In this document: one piece after another, positions 17,148 to 26,308 of the stretch | How positions within the stretch are numbered: position 1 is the first letter of the stretch | How the letters are laid out: each line of letters begins with the position of its first letter | Assembly (NCBI GenBank): GCA_964357525.1 | Contig: CAYHLH010000003.1 | Span: 1,298 to 55,862, forward strand | DNA from: an uncultured Candidatus Saccharibacteria bacterium | Lineage (GTDB): Bacteria > Patescibacteriota > Minisyncoccia > UBA6257 > GWB1-50-10 | Length of the DNA: 54,565 bases | Direction: 5' to 3' | Program-made: the position numbers and the translations under genes | Notes under the pieces: model-generated | What the model was told of the DNA's origin: nothing | Seen by the model: only the letters and a program-made list of their open reading frames with translations | The model's database searches: none

Positions 17148-17414
17148 TTACCAATATAGAAAATTCATTAAAGCTATCAAAATCCCTATTGAAGCAACAA
17201 TCACGCCAGCGAAAGTTATACGATTAAGAGCTCTGGTTAGCCTATCAGATGATTCACTGGCCTTGCGGATTGTTTCTTCTAAACTTTCGGTTAAACGCTT
17301 AATCGCAGTTGCGGTCCAATCACCGGCCGGTTTTGTGTTATGAAACCAAGCTAAATTATCAAGAAATTTATCAATTTTTTTTTCCCTATCTTTTCCAAAT
17401 TCAAAACCGGTCAT
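17148..17414 (-). CDS. Small protein with C-terminal TM helix
   Basis: 88 aa; coiled-coil followed by hydrophobic tail. Confidence 0.55.
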   Translation of the reverse strand: MTGFEFGKDREKKIDKFLDNLAWFHNTKPAGDWTATAIKRLTESLEETIRKASESSDRLTRALNRITFAGVIVASIGILIALMNFLYW

Positions 17415-17438
17415 GTTTTTATTTTACACTTTCAGTAT

Positions 17439-19838
17439 TTAATTTTTCAAAAAACCAAGCTCATATACTTGGGGAAGCAGTTTCTCTGTTAGATTAGCAT
17501 ACGCTTCTTCAAAAGGGCTGAAATTTACAGGCGCAAAATCGCCGCTAGCATTTCGTGCTTGTATCGCCTTCCTGATTTGATACCAGCCAACATCAGGACG
17601 ATTGAGCTTTAATTTATCCCTTATTGTTCTTGCATCGTCGTGCGCAAAATAGGTCTGCCATAAAATTTTTCCCGCTTCAAAAACTAGTTTTGCCTCTTCA
17701 GACTGTCTTTTATCTGTTAAATACTTCACCATAAAATCTGATTCAAAATGCCCAGGTGAGCCGACTTCTTCTTCTTTAAAAGGTATAAAATGATTTGTTA
17801 TACTCCATTTTTTTCCATTCCATTCAAGGTCATTTGCGCTAGCTGTTAAGTTGCTACCGTTAAAAAGCATCCAAATTAAACAGTCGTTCTTAAACTCATC
17901 GGTTAATGGCTCTGTGGGTTGCAAAAATTGATCACGGTCGTTTATCCACGTAGGCTTGATGAGGCGGCGCACGGAAAAAATAACCGCTGCTTGCCAGAGA
18001 TTTTCCGTGTTAACAAATATACTCCCAGCACTGCCGAAGCCTGATGATAGTATTGCGGTTGTTTTTGAATGTTGAATATCGCTGCCTTGAAAAATCATGC
18101 AAGCAATTGCATTGTCAGACCACTTTGTTCCACGCAAATCCTTATTAACGGATGCTGGTGTAACGGCATTTTTTAAAGGTATGACATCAACCTTATTCGT
18201 TTTTGGTCTTTTTATCCAATCACCGAGCAATTTATTATTTGCTAAGTTATAAAAGTATTTTTCGCCAATTGGGGTAGCATTTTTATCTAAAACCTCTGTC
18301 ATCACTTCAGTAATTGGCGTTTTTGCTTTTGCGGTTTGATCTGTCTGCCATACCAAAAAACCGATAGGAAATTCTCCCTTTAGCCCGTCAAATGCCCTGC
18401 TGTGAACAATAAAACCACCTAAATATGCAGCGTTCCAATCACCGCGAAATTTTTCAAAATTGGGGGCGTTTACATATTTCAGCTTGCTGAACATTGCTAA
18501 TGTAGCAGTGGGAATTTCTTTCGCAATACGTACTAGAAATTGAACAAAAAGCTCTCTTGCGGCATAGCCCTGAGCATCCATTAATGCTGAGACTTTTGTT
18601 TTTGAAACACCCAATTTGCTCTCCGCGTTTTCATTATTTGAGATGTTATCGGCATTCATCGCCTCCGCATACGGTGGGTTGATAAGCACCAAAATCTTTT
18701 TACCTCCGGCAATCGCCTTACGGAGATTCTCTGGAACCTTGTTGGTTAGCGAATAATCTATCTTGCCATCATCAGTAATATCGTCATTCAAATAGTCATA
18801 CTGGAAACGTTGTGCGGCAACACAGGTTTTAGTCGCTTTCATTACATCTACATCCTCGGTGTCGAGTGTGGACATATAGACGTTGCGCGGATTGCTGTGC
18901 TTTACCTCTAAATTCCCTACCCCACAACACATATCCCATACGATGTACTCTTTTTGCCAATTATCCCCCAGGGTTTCTGTAAGTTTATCGTAGGCTTTGT
19001 CAACCACATTTAACGGGGTATAGAAAGCGCCTTTAAAACTCCTTTCATCTAATGGGATCAGGCTGTCCCGTCTTTCTAATAAATAATTGCGATATTCTGC
19101 TTTTGGAGGTTTATGGTATATTGCCCAAAATTGGCGATACCCCTCTTTACTTCCGAGTTCATAGATTTTTCCACCCAAACTAAAGACTGGCGAGTTATTT
19201 TTGTGAAGTAATTCAGCCGGCAAATCCTTGTGTGTAGAGATGGTGCCATCGTGCATGACGTCCGCAAAAAATAAGAGTGCATATTCCTCTTCCGCAACAT
19301 CTTTTATTTCTCGTCCAATCATCTGTACCCACTTATCAAAAATCTGTTTCAGATTGTCTGGAGTAATTTGAGTTCTAATAATGTCTCCATTCTTGATAGC
19401 GTTTTTGATGGCTTGAATAAATTCTTCTTCGTGCGTTTCAATTTTAAAAGAAACAAAGTGCGTACCAATATACGCTGAAACAGCATCTAGAGCTTCCTGT
19501 GTATAACCGCTGGCCGACTTACCCCATTTGATTGTTTTCTTTTCTAGAAAAGGAATAACATCAGCACTTTTCATAAGAGCTGCCTTTTTAGTATCTATGA
19601 CGCCTAGAAATGGCGGAACGTACTCACCTCGATTGAGTGCCTCTTGCACATAGTGCAAGAGCTGAGTAAACATGGCATAACTCGACAATTTAGAGTTTAG
19701 CTTAGCTTCAAACCAAACTTCTTTCGTTTGAATATCTATGAGGTTTTTTTGATACTCTTTTAGTCCGAGTGCCTTTATGTAGGCATCTTTTACATCCTCT
19801 TCAGAAGTAGCTTCCTGCAATCTTTTATAGAGATTCAT
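17439..19838 (-). CDS. Type IIG-like fused restriction endonuclease / N6-adenine methyltransferase
   Basis: N-terminal ID...WFEAK nuclease motif; GAFYTP, WDMCCGVGNL (motif I), NPPY (motif IV); long C-terminal putative TRD; low GC. Confidence 0.8.
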   Translation of the reverse strand: MNLYKRLQEATSEEDVKDAYIKALGLKEYQKNLIDIQTKEVWFEAKLNSKLSSYAMFTQLLHYVQEALNRGEYVPPFLGVIDTKKAALMKSADVIPFLEKKTIKWGKSASGYTQEALDAVSAYIGTHFVSFKIETHEEEFIQAIKNAIKNGDIIRTQITPDNLKQIFDKWVQMIGREIKDVAEEEYALLFFADVMHDGTISTHKDLPAELLHKNNSPVFSLGGKIYELGSKEGYRQFWAIYHKPPKAEYRNYLLERRDSLIPLDERSFKGAFYTPLNVVDKAYDKLTETLGDNWQKEYIVWDMCCGVGNLEVKHSNPRNVYMSTLDTEDVDVMKATKTCVAAQRFQYDYLNDDITDDGKIDYSLTNKVPENLRKAIAGGKKILVLINPPYAEAMNADNISNNENAESKLGVSKTKVSALMDAQGYAARELFVQFLVRIAKEIPTATLAMFSKLKYVNAPNFEKFRGDWNAAYLGGFIVHSRAFDGLKGEFPIGFLVWQTDQTAKAKTPITEVMTEVLDKNATPIGEKYFYNLANNKLLGDWIKRPKTNKVDVIPLKNAVTPASVNKDLRGTKWSDNAIACMIFQGSDIQHSKTTAILSSGFGSAGSIFVNTENLWQAAVIFSVRRLIKPTWINDRDQFLQPTEPLTDEFKNDCLIWMLFNGSNLTASANDLEWNGKKWSITNHFIPFKEEEVGSPGHFESDFMVKYLTDKRQSEEAKLVFEAGKILWQTYFAHDDARTIRDKLKLNRPDVGWYQIRKAIQARNASGDFAPVNFSPFEEAYANLTEKLLPQVYELGFLKN

Positions 19839-19850
19839 AAATCTACTTCA

Positions 19851-19959
19851 CCCCTTCGATTTCACTCAGGGTAAACAAACTCATTTTACGAGGGTAAGCG
19901 GGACTATGGTTCGACTTTGTACTTCGATCATAGTCTCAGTATCTAAGAGCTCACCACAA
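19851..19959. repeat. Cluster of degenerate, nested TTCGA...CTCA hairpin elements at the island edge
   Basis: CCCTTCGATTTCACTCAGGG; TGGTTCGAC[..GTACTTCGATCATAGTCTCAGTATC..]GCTCACCA. Confidence 0.5.
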
Positions 19960-19993
19960 TATAATTCCATCATTTTATAGTTCGATAAACTCA

Positions 19994-22081
19994 TTATTTA
20001 ACCAGCGTTAATGGCATTATAATCCTCCCAATATTCGTCTCATCCTCCAAAATGAAGAGCGGACCCTGGGACTCTTTGAAACTATACCCCAAAGGCGCGG
20101 AAATGGTTACTTTTAATTTGCTTCTAACGCCTGACTGCCTTTCAAAGATAAAAGTATACACATCCCCTTCTTTTACGCTCCTCTCCTGCGTTGCCGGAAG
20201 CTGAAAACGCGTTTCCAGCACTTTCGTCTCCCCCGGATTCGTATTGAACCACGTGCCGAACACGGTCTTCCCGAACGCGCTATACGTCCAAGTGTTGTAT
20301 GAATTCAGGAAAACTTTTGAATTTTCTATTTCCTGCAATGCAGTAAGGCGTATGTATTTATTCGCGTCATAATCAAATCTTGAAACCGCTGTCTTTATAC
20401 TGTTGCCCTTCAGGGACACCAGGGACGTCCCGGGATTTACAAAAACCTGTATGAAATTCTGGTTAGGCACGCTCCACCATGTCTCGGAAGTTTTGCTGCC
20501 CGTGTGCTTGCGGGTAACCGTCAGGTCCGTAAAAAGCCCGGCGTTCGTGTCCAGGTCTATGCGCGCATCAACAGACTGCTCCATAACAACGTCCGTTTTC
20601 CCTCCCGCCACGTTCGCGTCAACTACGGCGAGATAGCTCCCGAAAAATTGGCTCGGCAACCGGTACACCGCCCCGTCCACTCCCTGCGCTGTCAAAAAAC
20701 TCGCTATGTCCGGATTTTTGGCATACACCAGGATATCCTTCTTCTCCAAATGCTCCAAAAGCTTTTCCGTCAATTTATCCATGTCCTCCTTGGTCAACGA
20801 TTTTATGCGCTCCAGCATCAAGGGAGCCATAACCTTCAGAATCTTTTTCGGATCGCCCAATTCCTTATCCCTTCCTTCCTCAACCTCCGTCCTTATGATT
20901 TTGAAAAAATTTTCCTTCGTGATAACCGCGCTATACTCTTCAACCGCAATCGGCCCCGTCACGTCCAGAATGCTTTCGAATACGTACGTATTCATGCCGA
21001 TTACGCCTTCAAACTTGATGTCCCTCTCGGAATATATTTTGGAATTCTCGAGGAACCAGAGTGTTGTTGATGCCGAGGTCGGTGTGTCAAAGAACCAGTT
21101 CGCGTCCCGCGCGCCCCATTTGCGCGTCATCGTCTTTATCTCAGTCGGAGGCACGACGTTAATCGGCAGCTGCCCGTCCGGATCGTAAATATCCCGCACT
21201 TCTATGTTTTTCATCTGGCCGTTCTCCACAGTCACGTCCGCGTAGCTTCCGGCAAACGCCCCTCCCGGCCTCGCCTCCCCGGCATTCTGGAAAAGCACTA
21301 TCAAATGCCTCTCTCCGGGTTCCTTCAATATTCCCAAAAGCGAGGAAATAAATTTATCCATTCTTATCAGCTCCGTTGAATACGAAAGGTACTCGCTCGA
21401 GAACGGCGAATTGGACGAACCGAACGCGTCTTTCAGGGACGATGCCGAGTTCTGCGTTTTCTCGATCTGACTCATCAGCTCGCGCGTCTGCGCCTGCACC
21501 CGCTCCAGGGAAGCGATGAGAGCCGGTCCGTCCGACTGGAAGTTCTTTATCGCGTTCCGTTCCATCGCATCAATCTCCTCCGTAAGCATCAGGAATTTCC
21601 GGTTCAATTCCGATATGTCGCCGAAAAGCCCTATGCCCTGCCTGACGTACGGCACGACTCCCCCGATGACGTTGAGGAATCCCTTTCCTCCGAGCTCGCG
21701 CATGAATGCATCAATGGAGTTCAATTCCTTCTCGTTGGCCCTCAAGGAAGTTATCGCTTCGTCGGTTTTCAATTCCTTGATGCTTCCTGCGGACAGCGTG
21801 AAATTCTGTATCAAAAGCTGAGCCGTCTCCGTGAGCATCTTTTTCGCTTCTCCGAGCTTCGTAAACGAGAAAATAACGAGAAGCACGACGAGTACCGCAA
21901 CGACAAGTCCCCCGCGCTTCATAAGCTTTTTTAGGAACGAAAAATCCCGCCTCCCGCGCGGGATGTGCGTCAGATTCACGGCCTGGAGGCGCGCCTCCGT
22001 CTTGTCCTTCGGCGGCCGCTTCACGTCCGCGAGCGTTCTCACGATATTCCGCCTCGGCACCTTTTCCGGCACATTCGCCAT
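19994..22081 (-). CDS. DUF4012 domain membrane protein
   Basis: LIVLFQNAGEARPGGAFAGSY, RDANWFFD.P.SA, DANVAGGKTD, ERQSG; single TM. Confidence 0.85.
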   Translation of the reverse strand: MANVPEKVPRRNIVRTLADVKRPPKDKTEARLQAVNLTHIPRGRRDFSFLKKLMKRGGLVVAVLVVLLVIFSFTKLGEAKKMLTETAQLLIQNFTLSAGSIKELKTDEAITSLRANEKELNSIDAFMRELGGKGFLNVIGGVVPYVRQGIGLFGDISELNRKFLMLTEEIDAMERNAIKNFQSDGPALIASLERVQAQTRELMSQIEKTQNSASSLKDAFGSSNSPFSSEYLSYSTELIRMDKFISSLLGILKEPGERHLIVLFQNAGEARPGGAFAGSYADVTVENGQMKNIEVRDIYDPDGQLPINVVPPTEIKTMTRKWGARDANWFFDTPTSASTTLWFLENSKIYSERDIKFEGVIGMNTYVFESILDVTGPIAVEEYSAVITKENFFKIIRTEVEEGRDKELGDPKKILKVMAPLMLERIKSLTKEDMDKLTEKLLEHLEKKDILVYAKNPDIASFLTAQGVDGAVYRLPSQFFGSYLAVVDANVAGGKTDVVMEQSVDARIDLDTNAGLFTDLTVTRKHTGSKTSETWWSVPNQNFIQVFVNPGTSLVSLKGNSIKTAVSRFDYDANKYIRLTALQEIENSKVFLNSYNTWTYSAFGKTVFGTWFNTNPGETKVLETRFQLPATQERSVKEGDVYTFIFERQSGVRSKLKVTISAPLGYSFKESQGPLFILEDETNIGRIIMPLTLVK

Positions 22082-22142
22082 AACACCATCATTGTACCCG
22101 ATTTTCCCGCCTTTTTCCCCGCCTCCACGCTCCTCAAACAAT

Positions 22143-22186
22143 ATATCGTACTCCGACTACAATATATTGTAGTCGGAGTACGATAT
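22143..22186. repeat. 44-bp perfect palindrome
   Basis: ATATCGTACTCCGACTACAATA|TATTGTAGTCGGAGTACGATAT. Confidence 0.9.
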
Positions 22187-22210
22187 GTCCGTTAATGCGT
22201 AATTATTTGA

Positions 22211-23359
22211 TTACTTTCGGGAAGAGACACTCGAAAAAACGGCGAGGGTTTCCTCGGCGCACTTGTCCCACGAGAAGCGCTTCGAATTCTTCTTTCCCCT
22301 CTTCATGAGCACACCCCTCGCCTCGCCGTCTGAGAGCACGCGCTCCTGTCCTTCCGCGTTGTATTCGGGCCGCTTCGGATCAATTAAGAACGCGGTGTCG
22401 CCGTGCGCCTCCGCAAGTCCACCCTCGCGCGAGGCGACGACGGGGCATCCGCAGGCCTGCGCCTCCAAGGGCGGGAACCCGAACCCTTCAAAGAAAGATG
22501 GATAGCAGAATGCGTTCGCCCGCCTGTAAAGGCACGCAAGGCCGTCATTCGAAAGCCCCCGCATGAAAAGTATCCTCCTCCGGAAAGGCGACACTTCCGC
22601 CTCCCGCTCGATATCCTTCCAGAGCCACCCGCGATTGCCCGCGATGACGAGCTTGAGATCCAAAAATTCCGGCTTTCCCGCAATGAGGTTGAATGCCTTG
22701 ATCAGCCCCAGGTGGTTCTTCCGCGGCTCCAAGGTCCCTGTCATGAGGACGAAGGGAAAATCTATATCGTCTATCCATGAAGATTTTCGCCCCTCAATAA
22801 GCTCGGGATGAAGATATTCTTCATGTATCCCGGAATAGACGACGGAGATCTTCTCCTCCGGGATGCCAAGGAATTCCACGAGGTCGCGCTTCGTCGACTC
22901 GGAGACCGCGATGATGCGGGAGGCCCGGCGGAGCTGGCGGCGCGGCCACGGGAGCGCGTGCCACAACCTCTCCTTCGCGGAGAAATATTCTGGGAATCTC
23001 TCGAACGCGATGTCGTGCACCGTGACGACGTGCGGCATATCCCCTTTCGTCCTCAGTGGGACGACGTGGTGCGGGCTCCACGCGACGTCAGCGCCCCGCG
23101 CGAAGCGCGGAAAGCCCAACCACTCCACAAAGAAATTCGCCGGCCGGTTCGGGATGCGGTGGTTCACTTCGGAGAACTTGGCGCGGGGAAAACCGAAGCG
23201 GCCCATGAGTGGTTCCTTCTTCCTGAACGAATTCGAAAAAAGAACGAACTTGTCCTTTCCGTCGAGGCGCGCGAAGGCCTTCAAGAGCTCCAGCGCGTAA
23301 TACGGAACCCCGGAAAGGAACGGGGAATTCAGTACCCTTGCATCAACGAAAACTTTCAT
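22211..23359 (-). CDS. Glycosyltransferase family 4
   Basis: VVTVHD, AVSESTKRD, GTLEPRKN, YPSFFEGFGFPPLEAQACGCPV. Confidence 0.93.
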   Translation of the reverse strand: MKVFVDARVLNSPFLSGVPYYALELLKAFARLDGKDKFVLFSNSFRKKEPLMGRFGFPRAKFSEVNHRIPNRPANFFVEWLGFPRFARGADVAWSPHHVVPLRTKGDMPHVVTVHDIAFERFPEYFSAKERLWHALPWPRRQLRRASRIIAVSESTKRDLVEFLGIPEEKISVVYSGIHEEYLHPELIEGRKSSWIDDIDFPFVLMTGTLEPRKNHLGLIKAFNLIAGKPEFLDLKLVIAGNRGWLWKDIEREAEVSPFRRRILFMRGLSNDGLACLYRRANAFCYPSFFEGFGFPPLEAQACGCPVVASREGGLAEAHGDTAFLIDPKRPEYNAEGQERVLSDGEARGVLMKRGKKNSKRFSWDKCAEETLAVFSSVSSRK

Positions 23360-23370
23360 TATCGAATATG

Positions 23371-23406
23371 AGGAAGTCCCACCTCCTTACGGAGGAACGA
23401 CTTCCT
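23371..23406. repeat. Hairpin family D (AGGAAGTCCCAC-core-GAACGACTTCCT), copy 1
   Basis: Other copies at 23450-23483, 24633-24670 and 36754-36792. Confidence 0.8.
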
Positions 23407-23410
23407 TTTG

Positions 23411-24583
23411 TCATCGGGACGGGACTTTTTTCTTCAGGAGAAAACGCGCGGAAGTCCCACTTCCTGACGGAAGAACGACCTCTTCGCCGACCATGAATCC
23501 CGCGTGGCGCAATACATTCAGGAATTCGCGCCGGAAGCGCTCCCTCGAGAACCTCTCGGCGGTGCGCGAGATGTACCCACGGTCGAAATTCCTGAACTCG
23601 CACTCGCGCACCGCATCCATCAAGGCCTCTTTCGTCTGCTCGGTGAAGAGGAATCCCGTATCCTGATGCTTCACTATCTCCGAGGCGCCCCCCTTCGAGT
23701 ATGCGATGACGGGCGCCCCGCAGGACTGGGCCTCCGCCGCCACCATGCCGAAATCCTCCTCCTGCGGGAAGATGAGCGCCCTGCAGGATGCATAGAGGCG
23801 CCGGAGCTCCGCATCCGAAACATTCTCCAAAAATTCCACATATTGCCTGCTCGCGAGCTTCCTGATCTTCTTCCCCTCGGGGCCTGAACCCACGATCTTT
23901 ATGGGCCTTTTCAAGGCCTGGAGCGCCTTGATGCCCAGATCGAAACGCTTGTAGTAGAGGAATCTGCCGGCCATGAGGTAGAAATCTTTCGTCTCATCGG
24001 AGGCGCGGCGCGTGAAGATCTCGGTGTCTATGGGCGGATAGACGACATAGGCATCCCTGCCGTAATACGCATGCACCTTCCCGGCGATGAAATGCGAGTT
24101 CGTGATGAACACATTCACCTTACCAGAGGCGCGCTTGTCCCACCTGCGGAGAGCATTCGCGATGGGGCGCGTGAGGAATTTCGGCACGAGGGACACGCCG
24201 TGCGGGAGGTCCTTCAGATATTCGAACTGCCACGCGTACCGCAGCGGGCTGTGGCAGTAGCAGATGTGGTATTTCCCCTTCACGTTTATGCCCTTCGCGT
24301 AGCCCGCGGTGGAGGAAATGACGAGGTCATAGACCGTGTCGCTCCGCATTAGCCACGCCGCGAGCGGCATGAGCGGAATGAAGAGCCGGTGCCACCGGCG
24401 CGCGAACTTGCCGTTCAAGATGCTCGTCTTCCGGAGATGCTTACCGAACATCCCGCCCATGATCTCCGCGTCGTACATCAGCGTGTAGAGATCGGCCTGG
24501 GGAAAGATCTCAAGTATCTCCTTTAAGACGCGCTCGGCGCCCCCGAACTGGTTTAGATAGTCATGTAAAACCGCAACCCTCAT
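23411..24583 (-). CDS. Glycosyltransferase family 4
   Basis: HDYLNQFGGAERVL, CYCHSPLRYAW, YKRFD, EEDFGMVAAEAQSCGAPVIAY. Confidence 0.93.
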   Translation of the reverse strand: MRVAVLHDYLNQFGGAERVLKEILEIFPQADLYTLMYDAEIMGGMFGKHLRKTSILNGKFARRWHRLFIPLMPLAAWLMRSDTVYDLVISSTAGYAKGINVKGKYHICYCHSPLRYAWQFEYLKDLPHGVSLVPKFLTRPIANALRRWDKRASGKVNVFITNSHFIAGKVHAYYGRDAYVVYPPIDTEIFTRRASDETKDFYLMAGRFLYYKRFDLGIKALQALKRPIKIVGSGPEGKKIRKLASRQYVEFLENVSDAELRRLYASCRALIFPQEEDFGMVAAEAQSCGAPVIAYSKGGASEIVKHQDTGFLFTEQTKEALMDAVRECEFRNFDRGYISRTAERFSRERFRREFLNVLRHAGFMVGEEVVLPSGSGTSARFLLKKKVPSR

Positions 24584-24632
24584 TGATTAGAATATAAGCC
24601 CCTTGCGGGGCATTGTCTATTCGGCAATATAT

Positions 24633-24670
24633 GGAAGTCCCACCCCGCCAACGGCGGGGAACGACTTCCT
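24633..24670. repeat. Hairpin family D, copy 3 (core CCCCGCCAACGGCGGGG)
   Basis: GGAAGTCCCACCCCGCCAACGGCGGGGAACGACTTCCT. Confidence 0.8.
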
Positions 24671-24675
24671 TTTCC

Positions 24676-25287
24676 TTACACTCCCGTCGGGTCAAAGATA
24701 AAGATGAAGAAGGTCATGAAAAGTATGCGGACGTCCTCCAAAAACGAATAGCGCTTCAAATATTCCATGTCGAGCTCGAGTTCCTTCAGAAACGGAAGGG
24801 ACGCGGCGCCAGAGATCTGGGAAAGCCCCGTGACGCCCGCGCGTGCTCCGGTGAGCACCCTGAATTCCTCCGGGTAATGCGCGACCTCTTCCGGCTCGTG
24901 CGGCCTCGGGCCAACGAGCGCAAGGGTGCCGGCGAGTACGTTCAAAAGCTGCGGCAGTTCGTCCACCCTAAACCGGCGTATGATCTTCCCCATCTGGAGC
25001 AGGCGCGGGTCGTTCCTCATCTTGAAGAACGGGCCGTCCTTGCGCTCGTTCAGGTGCATCAGTTTTTTCTTCATCCCGTGCGCGCCCTTGACCATTGTCC
25101 TGAATTTGATGACCCTCATTTCCCTGCCTTCGGAGACGCGCGGGATGCGCACGAACACGGGAAACCCGTCCTCCACGAGTATCATCAAAGCGATGACGGG
25201 CCAGAGCGGAAGCGAGCAAAGAAGCAGAAAAGAGCCCGCTACGAGGTCGAATATCCTCTTTCCGAGCGGGTAGGGCTTACCAAGCAT
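24676..25287 (-). CDS. Bacterial sugar transferase (priming undecaprenyl-phosphate glycosyl-1-phosphate transferase)
   Basis: KRIFD, KFRTM, DPR....G..IRRFRVDELPQLLNVL.G...LVGPRP, GVTGLSQI. Confidence 0.92.
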   Translation of the reverse strand: MLGKPYPLGKRIFDLVAGSFLLLCSLPLWPVIALMILVEDGFPVFVRIPRVSEGREMRVIKFRTMVKGAHGMKKKLMHLNERKDGPFFKMRNDPRLLQMGKIIRRFRVDELPQLLNVLAGTLALVGPRPHEPEEVAHYPEEFRVLTGARAGVTGLSQISGAASLPFLKELELDMEYLKRYSFLEDVRILFMTFFIFIFDPTGV

Positions 25288-26275
25288 TCTCCTTCCGCTC
25301 AACGGCCTTCTTCACCGCCGTGGCGATGTCCGCGCGGGCAAGGCCATACTTTTTCCAGAGTTCCTTCGGCTTCCCGGACTCGCCGAAAACATCCTTCACG
25401 CCCACGAATTCCATCGGCACCGGAAGCTTCCGAGCCAGAACTTCCGCGATCGCGCTTCCAAGTCCTCCAGCAATTTGATGGTCTTCCACCGAAACGACGC
25501 TTCCGGCTTTTTTCGCCGCCGAGACGACTGCGCGCTCGTCCAACGGCTTTATGCAATGCACATTCAGAACTTCCACCTGAATACCTTCTTCCTCGAGCAT
25601 GTCCGCGGCGACAAGGGCCTCCGCGAGGATCGGCCCCGTCGCGAACACGGCGCATGCTGGCTTCTTCGAGACCCGGAACGCCTGCATCTTCCCGAATTCA
25701 AAGGGAGTTTCCTCCGTCGTCATTACCGGCGTCGCGTCGCGGGAAAGGCGCATATAGGCGGGCCCCTCCGTCTTCGCCATCGCTTCCGTTATTCTCTTTG
25801 CCTCCAGCGCGTCGCAGGGCGAGTACACCTTCATGTTCGGCAGCGCGCGCATCAGGGCGATGTCCTCCGTCATCTGGTGCGTCGCGCCATCGGGGCCGGT
25901 CGCGAGCCCCGCGTGGCTTCCCACGAGCTTCACGTTCGCGCCGTTGTAAGCGATTGTCGTCCGTATCTGCTCCCAGTTGCGGCCCGGAGAAAACACGGCG
26001 TAGGATGCCGCGAACGGGATCTTTCCCGCGACGGCGAGTCCCGCGGCGACCGTCACGAGGTTCTGCTCCGCGACGCCGACGTCGAAAAACCGCTCGGGAA
26101 ACGCGCGGGCGAAGGCATCGAGCTTCACGGAATCCCTGAGATCCGCCGTGAGCGCGACGACATTCTTGTCAGCGCGGCCGGCCTCAAGTAGCCCTTCGCC
26201 GAAGCCGTCGCGCGCCTCGCGCTCGTGGAGCCCCGTAAGGAAGTGTTCGTTGAGTTTGAGGTCCGGATTTAACAT
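25277..26275 (-). CDS. Transketolase, C-terminal subunit
   Basis: PERFFDVGVAEQN, GPDGATHQ, EDHQIAGGLGS, FGESG. Confidence 0.95.
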   Translation of the reverse strand: MLNPDLKLNEHFLTGLHEREARDGFGEGLLEAGRADKNVVALTADLRDSVKLDAFARAFPERFFDVGVAEQNLVTVAAGLAVAGKIPFAASYAVFSPGRNWEQIRTTIAYNGANVKLVGSHAGLATGPDGATHQMTEDIALMRALPNMKVYSPCDALEAKRITEAMAKTEGPAYMRLSRDATPVMTTEETPFEFGKMQAFRVSKKPACAVFATGPILAEALVAADMLEEEGIQVEVLNVHCIKPLDERAVVSAAKKAGSVVSVEDHQIAGGLGSAIAEVLARKLPVPMEFVGVKDVFGESGKPKELWKKYGLARADIATAVKKAVERKENAW

Positions 26276-26308
26276 AGTAGCGAGTAATGAATAACGAGTA
26301 ATGAGTTT

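Noticed and set aside
24613-26139. 508-aa plus-strand ORF and similar long antisense ORFs (e.g. 3008-4099, 37467-38534, 46347-47324)
   Set aside because: Shadow ORFs caused by GC-rich codon usage of well-identified genes on the opposite strand; no recognisable motifs.
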